Positions 1-11,724 of a DNA stretch of 64,000 nt are shown here, one piece after another (within the stretch, counting starts at the first letter, position 1; every line of letters begins with the position of its first letter). The DNA is from Balanoglossus misakiensis (taxonomy: Eukaryota; Animalia; Hemichordata). The notes under the pieces are model-generated. The model saw only the letters and a list, made by a program, of their open reading frames with translations. It ran no database searches and was not told where the DNA came from. The DNA lies in NCBI GenBank assembly GCA_040954595.2, contig CM082595.2, positions 7,608,317 to 7,672,316 on the forward strand, written 5' to 3'. A program made the position numbers and the translations under genes.

Positions 1-869
1 GTATGCAATAAAGGGAATGAGGCTCAATTATAAATTTCTTAAAGTAATTGAAGTATTTAATAGTATATCGTTGCAATAAAGAAATCTATGAACAAAATAA
101 AATGACAAGTCAATACAATAGTTGCTAGAATTGGTAAAACAAGAAAAGTGGCGGGGGTGGGTGGGGGAGGAAGTGTCCCCCTCCCACATAAGAAAATTTG
201 TAAAATACGGTGCTCAAAGTTACATTTTAATGAACTCAATTAACTCAATTTTAGGGAGGAGAAATGTTAATTTTGCCACTCCACTCAAAGTTAGAAAATT
301 TGGGGTCATCTTCGTCATGACGTCATTTATGAAACTTCTAGTATAGAAGATGCAGCGCGAAACTATCAGTTATGCGAAATGGTTTAAACGATTATTCTCC
401 TTTATGTATTTACTTTGTTAAATATTACATCAGTGGGGTTGGGGTGGCAAGCACTCTGCCCTGGTACACTAGACAAGCCAGCAAAAAATAAAATGTGGCG
501 GAGAATGAAGGGGGTAGGTGTGGAAGGGGGTGTCCCCCTCCCACATTAGAAAATTTTGTAAAATAAAGGGGCGCGAAACTGCAATTTTGTGGACTCAAAA
601 GCAAACGTTCGGTGGCAAAAGTATGTGACCCCCACTAAATGTTTAAGAAAAACAGATGACCCCCTTTTGGACTTCAAAATTTAAGTGACCCCCCCCCCTG
701 GATTTTGCCCCCCCCCCCCGGCCGTAAAAACTGAACGGAAACTAAGAAGTGCAAATGATATCATGACGTCAATCATGCTTTTCACAGATGTCCCCTTTAT
801 TGAAGTTTGCTGGAATTCAGTGTTTCTGTAAGTTTAATTTAACCCACAATGAATCGAATTTCGACTCAC

Positions 870-3800
870 GGTTTCCGACGTCGACGGGTTATTACCAGTA
901 TTATCACTATGCAGATTCCAATGATCACAAGTACAGCAATAAGGAATCTGACGATCACACAAATTTTGGTGACGTCATCATCTGCAGTTGGAGTTTCATC
1001 GCCTGTAGTTTTTTTAAAAGATGATAAATTCGACCGAGTTAAAATATTGGCGTAGATGTCTGAAAGGTACGGAAATGTGGCATCATTGTGGTCTGTACAT
1101 CTTGGTAAATGTTTGGGTCCGTCGACAAAGCAGTTGTTGAACTCTCAAACAATTTTTTTTCTTCATTTGGGAGATGATACCCTCAGCGCTGTGGTCACAG
1201 GTTCTGCCATGTTAAACGAATGGAAATGAATATGCTTCGTAGGACACTCTGCAAATGTAAACAATATCCTAGCAACTTTTGCAGAAAAAAATCTAATACT
1301 TTCTGAAAGGACAGAACATTAAGCCACTAAAATGATCAATGAATACATTAAACACGTCAACTCTACATAAGGGAATGATTTTGCTACTATTGTACAAATA
1401 TCAACGTACATCTATATATAAGTTTTTGTCAATTTGTTAATTTGGCCCAATTGACTTACAATCAGTAGGGACATCACAGTCTTTCCCCGCCCAACCGTCT
1501 TCGCAGTAACATGTACCGTTAGATGGGTCACAGTGTGTCGTTGTATTAATCATACACGTACAAGCATCCTCACACTTATCACCGTACCTTCCAACAGGAC
1601 AGACCTCTGTCAAGACAAAACGCGGTTCTATTCTTGAAGGGGCAAAGTCTCTCTCTCGCTGCCCTTTTTCCATTAATTACGTTTGCCACAAGACACCGTT
1701 TATGTTATTCTACATGTGGATATATAGTGAATCAACGTTCGACAACACAACTGCCATCCCATTTGTAGACACGTCAGAGTGAAAAACTCGCCAAATGGAT
1801 TATCGGTCTTTACCATTTATTCATTTTGGTGAGATTTTTACTCTCACTGTATCCTACAAACGGGATGGAAGTTGTGTGTGGTCGAACGTTGATTTCAGTA
1901 TACAGTGTACATCCACATGTAGAATAATATAAACCGTGTATTGTATCAAACATAATTAATAGAAAAGGGGGAAGAAGAGAGAGACTTTATCCTTTAATAT
2001 TGACCAGTTAAATGTTGTATGCAAACATAAACTATGTACAATTCTTGCTTGAAGTTATCTAAGTGATAAACATTGGTTGTGCGGACAATCTTGACAGTGA
2101 TCCCCGATTGTGGTTCCAAGCACCCAGATGTATTTTTCACTAGTCTCATGCAGTTACTGAGTTAGTGGTAAAAAACACATGGCAAAACACTTCACCGTGA
2201 TATCTTGTTCGCACTAGTGTTTCGACAATCATTCATATTTGTAATAAAGTTCAACTTGTGGAGCTTCTGGGCCATACTTATAAACATTTGCACAAATAAC
2301 AAAGATTAATAATAAGACTACGTGAATACATAAACAAGTTCGACTTTTCCCAAATAATTCCTCTTAAAGTTTAAGAAAAAAATACTAACTTGGTGGGACA
2401 CATAAAGGTAATGTACCATTCCATCTGAATCCAGTTGAGCAAGTTATGTTTCCAACTGCTTCACAGAGAATGGTTTCGCTTCCAATCAGCTCATAGCCAC
2501 CATAGCATGTAAAAGAAATTGTCTGACCCATAATAGCAGGAAAGGTGATTGAAGTGATAAGTTGTCCATTATCAGGTACACCAGGATCTTCACACGGAAT
2601 TGTATTGCCTGAAAAAACAAATATCAAAGCAAAACAGTTGATATATACAAGTGAATATTATATTGAACACCTATTGCCTGGCCATGAGGGCCATAGCAGC
2701 CGTTTATTACCCCCTAGGGGCTATGAGTTACCAGAATCATATGCTATTTCCCGAGGCCGTAGTCACGAGGGGGGGGGGGTAAAAACGGCTGCCATGGCCC
2801 GAATATAGGCCAGGCCAAAGGTGTTTTATAATAAACCTCACTCACGTTGGTCGCGTGACCGGATTATATTTTTCTGCTATTTCCCGAGGGATTTATAGTC
2901 GATTCTATTTTCCTATCACTTGACAGATTCTAGCGGATCACGACACAGTATTAGCATGAGGTATATTATAATGGTATATATTGAATCAAAATAGGGCTGA
3001 CAAGATGGCTGACAATTTAAGCTGCCACAAACAGAACGACTTCTGGAAGGAAGTCAGAAAGCAAACTAGCAGAAAAACGCCACTTTCTGACACTGTAGGT
3101 GGAGCGACTGGTGAGAGTGAAATTGCAATTATGTGGCACAAGCATTTCAGTGATATTTTGAATTCTGTCCAGGCTCAGACTGGTAAAAATGACATCGAGG
3201 AGAAAATGAAGTATGTTAACTTTTCTTCTGATATGTATGTTTCTGGAGACGAAGTAATTTCTGCTATACATAAGTTACCTGACGACAAGACAGCTGGCAT
3301 TGACAATATTTCAGCTGAGCACCTCAAATTCTCAGACTCCTCTATTTTACCCATTTTGACTTGTTGTATTAATGCTATGATTGTTCATGGTTACCTGCCA
3401 ACTGAGGCTATCAAAGTTATTTTAGTTCCAATTATTAAGGATAAAACTAAGCTTTGTAGTGATGCCAGTAACTACCGGCCGATAGCACTAGCAACTGTTT
3501 TCTCTAAAGTTTTTGAGCATATTTTACTTTCTCGTTGTGAGGAGTTTCTTACCTCTCATTATTTACAATTTGGTTTCAAGCGAGAACATTCAACTGACCT
3601 GTGTTTATTTGCATTTAAAGAAATCATTAGCTACTACACCAGCAATGGAGGACCAGTGTTTACTTGTTTTCTGGATGCTTCAAAAGCTTTTGACAGAGTT
3701 AATCACTTTAAACTGGTTAACAAGCTCATCGACAGGAATGTTCCCTTGTATGCTGTTCGAATTTTATATTACTGGTACAGAAATCAATTGTTTACTGTGT

Positions 3801-6800
3801 TGTGGGGTAATGAAACCTCAGAGTTGTTTTCTGTTTCTAACGGTGTAAGACAAGGGGGAGTACTCTCTCCCTATCTTTTTAATGTCTACATTGATGATCT
3901 TATCAATGCACTCTGTAAAGCCAAAGTTGGCTGTACCATGTGTGGTGTCAGCGCTAACACTTTAGGTTACGCTGACGACATGACTCTACTCAGTCCAAGT
4001 GTTAAGGGTCTACGCCGTCTTCTTAGAATTTGTGAAATTTATGGCAAGGATTATGATATCATTTATAATTCTAGTAAAACTGTGTGCATGCTTTTTAATG
4101 GGAAGAATATGAGAGTTCAAAGAATTCCTTCGGTTAAACTTAATGACATCACTTTGAAGTTTGTACCTGTACACACCTATCTGGGCCATGTAATATCTTG
4201 TGATGGTTGTGATAATGAAGATATTGAACGACAGAGAAGAGCATTTTGTGTTAGAGCAAACATGCTATTGAGACATTTTCAACATTGTAGTCAAGATGTG
4301 AAGAAAGTTTTATTTTTGGCATATTGTAGTAATATTTACTGTTGCAGTTTGTGGGCATCCTTTAAAGTTAAACCGATGAAAAAATTTAAAACTATGTACA
4401 ATAATGTTTGGAGAAGACTTCTCGGTCTTCCGCCATTTTGCAGTGCATCGGGTATGTTTGCTACAAACCATGTATTGTCACTTGGTGAAGTTTTTAGACG
4501 CAATATGTACAGTTTTAAGCGTAGACTCGAAAATTCTTCTAATGTTTTACTTGATGCGATCTGTTCATCAGATAGAGCGACTGACAGCATATTTTTCAAA
4601 CATTGGCGAAAGCAATTGTATATCATGTAATTTTGCAGAGGTTTTTTTTGTGTGTGTGTGTGTCTCAGTTTCAGATTTTCCAGAGTATTTTCATTAGTGT
4701 TTTTTTTTCTCTCTTTTGGGTATATGGACTTTTTTTTAAAGTCTGAAATAAAGTATTATTATTATTATTATTGGTATGGGAACTAGCATTATACATCTAC
4801 CATACGGTACAATGGGTGGGATCAATTACGCATGCAATTGAACTGAAATATGCATTTTTGACCAGGAATCAGAGAGTTCTTTCCTCATCAACATGTAGTA
4901 AATTTTAATGCTATTGTTAACTTTAAACATACCTCTTTCGCAAAGTATATATCTTGGATTGTCACATTCCCTGTCTTCCATGTCATATGTGTCTTGATGA
5001 GTCTTTATTAGAACAGCACATTGTTTTATTTCCCCATCGTTTGGTTCTGGTGGATCAATATCGTCTCGCCATGGGTCATATGTCCAGGGATGGCCTGACA
5101 CCCATATCCATTCTCCATTGACCCTTTTTGCTCCAGTGAAATAGCGCAATTTATGGAAAGGATCGCTCCTCAGGACAGATTTAATAAACTCATGTTCACC
5201 GTAACTGCCAATGCTAGCCAAATAATACCCTTGACTTTGGCAATATTCAGCGGCTCCATAAAAGTCACTTCTGAGGTTTGCACCATCTGCGGTAAGTGGA
5301 ATGTGGTAGCAGGAACCGTTGTATGAGACTTCTTCTGGCCAGGACTTGCAGACTAAAACAATAAATAATTAACTTCATCTCAACTCAGTTTCTTTTGAAA
5401 TAATTGTATGGTAAAACACTAGGAGAACTATATTTCATTAAATATTAAAGCCCCATGAACTGCCAAATTTCATATATCTTTTTTTCCACAATGAAATACT
5501 TCATATCTTCGCCCTATCCTTACATGTATTTGCATTACTTTGTCGTCTCTTGGCGACGAATGACACGATAGCTGCGTACTGTTTGTATGGAGGCTGATTA
5601 AATCGGTGTGGCACTGGTTTAATACACAGGGTTTGCAAATCGCTACATACAGCCACAAACGAGCGTCGATAAGGTGTTCACCTATATCTATCAGTAAGCT
5701 TATTAGATGGACCAATTTAAGTTGGAAAATAAAATCATGAAAAAAATGAAAAAAGTGGCAACTCTTAGGGCTTTAAACGGTTATTACACCGTAAATTTTC
5801 GTATTCGTTGTCAACGACCACCGACAAAATGATCATGACCAAGCAGGGGACTCCAAAAGAATTGATCGAAAGCTCTTAAGTCTTATAAGTCTATTCCTTG
5901 CTCTGATAATTTACCAGGGCACATGAAAATCTATGGGGAAAACATTTCATAAATTCTGATTTGGTAACAGTGTAATAGCTTTCAACATAGTAGCAATAAC
6001 CACTTCGTCGGGTAAACTTACTCACTGCATGGTAAAGACGGTGACAATGCAAAATGCAAAGCGAATAAATATGACACAACACTAATATAAGACCAAACTT
6101 CGAAATACGTGTTTATCACATTCCTTAGAAATCTAATGCAAACGCTTTTGTAATGTCAGATGTGAGTATTAAAACATGCACTTTTAAATCCGACTTCCAA
6201 AGAACGTTTACTTGAATTGAATCGATGCACAGATCACCGAACATACGGTTCTGTTCTTGTTCAGGATTGAGGCACTTAACAATATTTTAGATTCATATAA
6301 CCACCATTTTACAAAATTCATTGGTCCACCTTCTTTAATAAATACATTTTCGTCAACTTTCTAGGTAAGTAACACATTAAAACACAACAATGCAATACTT
6401 ACCTGGAGTCGCTTGTGAGTCGACCTCTAAAATGGTACAAAATATCAACAGGTTATAAAGATGCTATTTTCTGACATTTTACTTTTTACCGACACGGTGC
6501 ACACACTTAATCTTGTGAATTTAATGAATAAAACAATGATAAAATATTTCCCTCTTTGAATACCCCATGATTCCCGGTCTTTCTGCCCATTCCAACATGC
6601 TTATGCTCCATGACAAATCAGTTGATGTCAGAATGTTATCAAATCTTAGTCTATTGTAGTGAATATCAGTACGGCTACACTACTATTTTTTACAGGGACT
6701 GTGGTGAAGAATAGTGCCCGGCGCTGTTGTGCTCTTGCGAGGCGAAGGATGTGTCGCTGACATTTGATCCGACCACAGTCGGAATGTGATCCAAGTCTAG

Positions 6801-7782
6801 AGTTTCAGAAACTGTGACACTGCCTCAGGTAATGTCACGCCATAATACATTAAATATACGATGTCGTAAAAGGCATAACATGTCTTAACACAGATCACAC
6901 CTACGAAGAACCATTTAAAACTTCCATCCCGTTCAAAGGATATGAGAGTACAATTCTCGCCAAAATAAATAAACGGTAGAAACCGATATTTCATTTTGGC
7001 AAATTCTTCATTCTCGTGTATACAAACGGGATGGAAGGTGTGTGGTCGAACGTTGATTCACTATACATCCACATGTAGAATAATATAAACGGTTTTATCA
7101 AAGGGCAGCGAGAGAGACTTTGTCCGTTTAAATGGCCGATTGGGTACTTTGCGAGGTTTTGAATGCTTGCATAACAAAAATCAAAGTGAATAGCTAATTG
7201 TCAGTAGGGATTTTCAGTCAGACTAGACCCATCATTTTACAGGTAATGTTACTTGTGGATCCATAGTTGTACTAGTGTCATTCCAGTCGCCAATCTGATT
7301 AAAATCAGATATGATTTAGGGTACGGCCACGTCTTTTACGTATACTGCGCGGTACTTTCTCATGCTGTCGCAACAGAATTAACTTGAGAAAACCGCGCAA
7401 ATAAAAGACGTTGCCGCACCTTACATCTGATTTCAATCAGATTGTCCAGTCGCCTGTCGGCGAGTGGCATCAAAAACAGTTGCATGACGACACAAATCTT
7501 GTTTTTAAAATATGCAAATGTCGCCAACAGAACGACGCTAGTAGAGCTGTGAACGCAAAGCCAAAATAGCTCAGAAAAGTGTACGGTTTTCCAAGTCACA
7601 AATCCATACGTACAAAAAGAAAATAGTTAACATGTTTTCTCACATCTGCGCGTACTTCTCACTAAATATACTACTGGAAAATTACTAATACAGAAAAACA
7701 AGAAGCATTTCACCAACTCACCGTTAATTGTATATTCTAGGGTTATCGACGTAATGAGGAATAGCCTTAGGAAAACGTACAT
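870..7782 (-). CDS. Type I membrane lectin receptor: signal peptide - C-type lectin - Sushi/CCP - EGF-like - TM (3' end lies outside the window)
   Basis: Phase-compatible GT-AG exons: 7782-7722 (MYVFLRLFLITSITLEYTIN), 6426-6403, 5352-4933 (CTL: SCY...C...WIWVSG...EPN...CAVL...C...ILCER), 2608-2390 (CEDPGVPDNG...FTCYGGYELIG...WNGTLPLC), 1606-1460 (CPVGRYGDKCEDACTC...C.C.DGWAGKDC), 1059-870 (ICVIVRFLIAVLVIIGICIVIILVIT-RRRRK). The acceptor of the last exon is uncertain. Confidence 0.8.
1638..1993. mobile_element. Palindromic TTAA-flanked MITE (Kolobok-like); other copies at ~6880-7127, 18825-~19095, 47271-47615
   Basis: Shared termini AGGGACAAAGTCTCTCTCTCGCTGCCC...GAGAGACTTTGTCCCT next to TTAA; four intronic copies in the window. 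Confidence 0.75.
2660..2972 (+). mobile_element. Hairpin non-autonomous element (Crypton-like), internally deleted copy of 36341-36799
   Basis: ATTGAACACCTATTGCCTGGCCATGAGGGCCATAGC...CACAGTATTAGCATGAGGTATATTATAAT is shared with 36341-36799. Confidence 0.7.
2981..4772 (+). mobile_element. 5'-truncated non-LTR retrotransposon (RTE-X/L2-like) with an open 549-aa RT frame (2981-4630)
   Basis: RT motifs NYRPIAL, QFGFK, FLDASKAFDRV, GVRQGGVLSPYLF, GYADD, YLG; no endonuclease domain; 3' AATAAA plus (TTA)n tail at 4747-4772; antisense within an intron of the lectin gene. Confidence 0.92.
5449..5772. mobile_element. Kolobok-like MITE
   Basis: TTAA|AGCCCCATGAACTGCCA ... TGGCAACTCTTAGGGCT|TTAA imperfect TIRs. 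Confidence 0.55.
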
Positions 7783-8558
7783 GTTTTTTTTTATTAATAT
7801 GCAGCCTGCTAATGCAGTCCACGAAGGCTCTGAGGCTTGGTTATGATCGATAAACATGCAATACTGTTAATTCTAGTTTTGTGGGTTTACAGTCGGGTGT
7901 GGTGCGTTCACGTCATAAAAAGTACTATTGTTGTTGAGTAAAGCACCACAGATTGGCAATAAAATCACGACGGATTTCATTCATCATATTTTTCGCTGAA
8001 ATATGGTACAAACAATAACTGTAAAAGCCAGGGATACTGAAAATGCGCGCGCTTTGCTCTGTGAGTGTAAACGTTGGAAATAAATAAATCTCGCAGTATA
8101 CCTGTAGAAATATTGTATCTCAATATTAGGCCTAAACCGGCAGTTAGTTTACACCATGTTTCTGTACTTCTAACGTAACTGACATTGTTCGGCGAGGAGT
8201 TGCAAACCCAGTCTGCAAACTACAGTGTAAAAACCGTACAGGCTTTTATTGTCCAGCTTCGAACGTTTTCAATCGGGTGTGGTCTGACGTGTTCTCGTCG
8301 TCGTAAAAAACACTGGTGAAAAAGATTATTGTTGTTGAGTAAAACAACCCAGTTGGCAAGTCACGTCTCAGATTTCATGAATTAATACAATGTTCCGCCC
8401 CCGTATTTTGTTTTCTAAAAATTCACTAGACCCTTCCCATAAATCAAATGTTCCGCCCCTCATTTTTGGCTATATGACTTTGCTCCCAAGTAAACACTGA
8501 CAGGGGTCCCAAAAAGGGAAAATAAAATTGTTAGCCATGGCAACTAACAGAAATTTAT

Positions 8559-8805
8559 TCAAATGCGGCCGCCAGGCCAATTACTTATGAGAAGGGCATC
8601 GCGAATCCGGCAGACGCGTCTCCTCGGAGACTCTCCGTGTTCCAGGAGTAAGGGCCGATCCCCATCCGTTCAATTGGCGGAGCCAGCTGGACCGTTTTCC
8701 CCCGTGCTATTTGTAAACCGATTTCGTCCAATGCCATTCGCTTGACCAGGTCGTCCACTCATTCGTTCCGTGGGGTGATGTGTTCCAGAATTGAAAGTCC
8801 CCACA
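8559..8805 (-). pseudogene. Glycoside hydrolase family 3 (beta-xylosidase-like) N-terminal pseudo-exon
   Basis: Reads DFQFWNTS/..NE*VDDLVKRMALDEIGLQIARG...PIERMGIGPYSWNTESLRGDASAGFAMPFS*VIGLAAAF, resembling GH3 'F.NTSLP..ERVDDLV.R...PAI.RLGI.PY.WN.E.LRG....AT.FPQ.IGLAAAFD'; two stops, frameshift(s) and a lost donor. Confidence 0.75.
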
Positions 8806-9518
8806 GACACTCGTAATCTCTCATTGGGTCTACTTGTGTGAAATTGTCTTTATTGCCAGTATTTTTTGTTTCATGTACAAATGCGATTTCTTGCTCTACT
8901 TCAAACATGATAATATATCCAATACTCAGCTTGTCACATAGCCTTTATGTATTAGTATCTAACTGCATCGTTATTGTCTACAAGTGAATTTAGTCAGGAC
9001 TTGGAATGCCCTCAACTTGATCTAGCTACTTGGGATTCCTTCACAGTATACCTTTGTCAAGCTATCAGGAGCATAATTCAAAAAGTTATTAATTTATTCA
9101 TAATAATTATAAAAATATTAATATTTTATTGCCGATTTTCCTGCATATTATAACATTATAACAGTTAAATGTATAGTGAGTCAACTTACTAAACTTACTC
9201 CCCTGTGATCACGTGAGCTTACCAAGTTCATATCTTGTGCATTGTGTGCTAGTATTTGCATGTACTTACCAGGTCGTTGACTCGGGTCATCTAAGGTCAT
9301 CCCATAGGCTACAGCGCCCCCACGGTCGGTCACGGAGATACAGACCTTCAACCATGACCTGAACGCGTCGCGAAAATCTCAACTCTCCCAGCTTTTATGG
9401 AGCTCATCTAACAATCATTCGACGGAAAGCGGTTTAAATGGTTATGCACCTTATATATTCGTTCGATTAGTCATACCCGGAATAACGGTAAGGATCAAAT
9501 ATACATGTTCTGGGAGCG

Positions 9519-9611
9519 ATAGCTGTGGTGCGCAGCTGTACCGTTGGGGGGAGGGGTTGATTGATCAGCCCCCACCCCCAACGCAACGGTACAGCTGCGC
9601 ACCACAGCTAT
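9519..9611. repeat. Short hairpin MITE; half copy at ~9866-9910
   Basis: ATAGCTGTGGTGCGCAGCTGTACCGTTG ... CAACGGTACAGCTGCGCACCACAGCTAT. Confidence 0.6.
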
Positions 9612-10311
9612 GGTAGCGAGAGCTCTCAGCTGGACTGTGTCACTCACTGTATGTAAGGGATTGGTCAGTTTCTTCGGACTGGGAGAGGGGCGGTGGATTC
9701 ATTTTGTTTATATCAAAAGTGACTGACCCCCCCCCCCCATCACCCAATTGATTCTAAAACAAGGTGTTGTGACCCCACCCCCTGGCCCCATGACCCCACC
9801 GCCCCCAAGGGCGAAGAATCTGACCATGCAATCTCCCGGGCCAGTCTCTAAGACATAACACCACCTAGCTGTGGTACGCAGCTGTACCGTTTGGGGGGGG
9901 GGGGGCTGATGGTCGTAGCTGCATCTATTGTAGTGGGTGCTGCTCGATTGACGATATCTTTCACACGCTGAGCAGCTATTTAGACCCCAACAAGTATAAC
10001 TGACTGGTCAGTTACTATCCACACACTTTTCTTAAACAGGTAGACAACAGCACATGTGGTCATTCTTGGAAGTGGCCAGGTGTGCAACATAGAAGACAAT
10101 TTGTTGACCTGGCATTGACCCTATAAGATTGTCCGCATAACATACATGTAGCTCAAGGTGCCTCAGTTATATCACAGGGAACAGAGTAATATTTGATACG
10201 GACTGGAGTGTTTATTGCCACCCGGGTGTAAATAGACTCGGCCAATATGGTATGGGTGTATTTTGGATACAAAGCCTGTGGCCAATGAGCCCTAATCAGT
10301 ATAACTCTGGA

Positions 10312-11690
10312 AGTGGTATACGTAGGATGTTTTGGGACCACATTTTCCTGGTTCTTCCACTTTGTCTTTCACCTGTTGACTTTTTGAGTACTGTTGAAGT
10401 CGCTCAGTCTCTTCTGGGTGGATTGTTGAATTTTTTGGCTGTTTTCTGTGTCAGTGCTTTTCACCATTATGACCATGGGCCAATAACGACTGGAAGGTGC
10501 TGGCACATGGCTGTATTGAAATGTGAATAGTTGACCTTTAACCCTTTCACCCCAAGTTCCATCTCGAGAGGTCCAACCTTACCATAGAAAACAGTGCATT
10601 TGAACTGAACCATGATGGTAACTGAAATATTTACTCCAGACCTGTAATTTCATGGTGGGGCAGTGGTCTTCCCAGGAATTTATGACGTATAGTACGGGAC
10701 ACTACGCATATAACCCCTTGCAATTGTCAATTTGTATGTAACTGGTTTCTTATTATTATTACCTGTATGAAAGGGGGGGTGGGGGTCACTTTTATACATT
10801 TGCCAAAGGATCACCCTCTTTTGGTTTTCTGCAAAAGGAAATCCACCCCCAGGCCAGAGAAACTGGCCAGGCCCTTAAAGCTGCTGTATAATACCAGTAT
10901 GATATTTTGATTATACAGATTATTTCAGATTTTCTTGTAAACTATGAGTCAGTTGTCATGAAATATAATTTTTTTTATTGATGTGTGTGGTATACGTAGG
11001 ATTTTTTGGGACCACATGTTCTTCCACATTGTCTTTCACCTGCAGTTGACTTTGTGAGTACTGTTGAAGTCGCTCAGTCTCTTCTGGGTGGATTGTTGAA
11101 TTTTTTGGCTGTTTTCTGTGACAGCAGTGCTTTTCACCATTCTGACCATGAGCCAATAATTATAATAGTCGACTGGAGATGAGAGGGGAATGTCAATATC
11201 TTTTTGACATACTGCAAAGGAAATCCACCCCAGTAGAGAAACTGACCAGTCCCTTAAAGCTGCAGTATCTTTCATACCCCTTAGGATATTTTAGATTAGG
11301 CCAGGAAGAAAAAATGAATTGTCATCGGAATCTCCGCTTCTACTTTGGCTGATTTTGAAATTTTTTTTTTTGGATCTTGGCAAATATTCTACTTCCGCGT
11401 TACAAAATTCTTAGTACTGGCGCTGGCGCTGGGAAATATAGTTTTGAATTCAGTTATAAGTACATGTATCAGTGTTTTTTGTCTGAGATATTTCTGGTAA
11501 AAATGGAAACAATTCTTGCCTTTGTCTGCATCTGTGCAAATATGCCAGAGAACCGCATTTACCTAAAAAAAAAAATTTAAAAAAAATATTCGCTCGCCGC
11601 TCCTGGAACTTGGTCCAAAAATCCGATGAACAAGATTTTTATTCTCTTTGGCCTTATACAGATTTTTTCAAACCATCTTGTAAACCAGTA
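10312..11690 (+). repeat. Local tandem duplication upstream of the BDH coding region
   Basis: 10312-~10490 matches 10987-~11160, and 10835-10941 matches 11214-11298 plus 11654-11686. Confidence 0.7.
11299..11653. mobile_element. PIF/Harbinger-like MITE with TTA target duplication
   Basis: TTA|GGCCA...TGGCC|TTA; the paralogous empty site is visible at ~10901-10941. Confidence 0.7.
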
Positions 11691-11724
11691 TAATTATTGA
11701 TGTATGTGTGTAAACAGGTCATCC

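Noticed and set aside
7253-7294. Candidate 42-nt exon (IGDWNDTSTTMDPQ) in the lectin gene
   Set aside because: Open only in phase 0; gives a stop in the required phase 1
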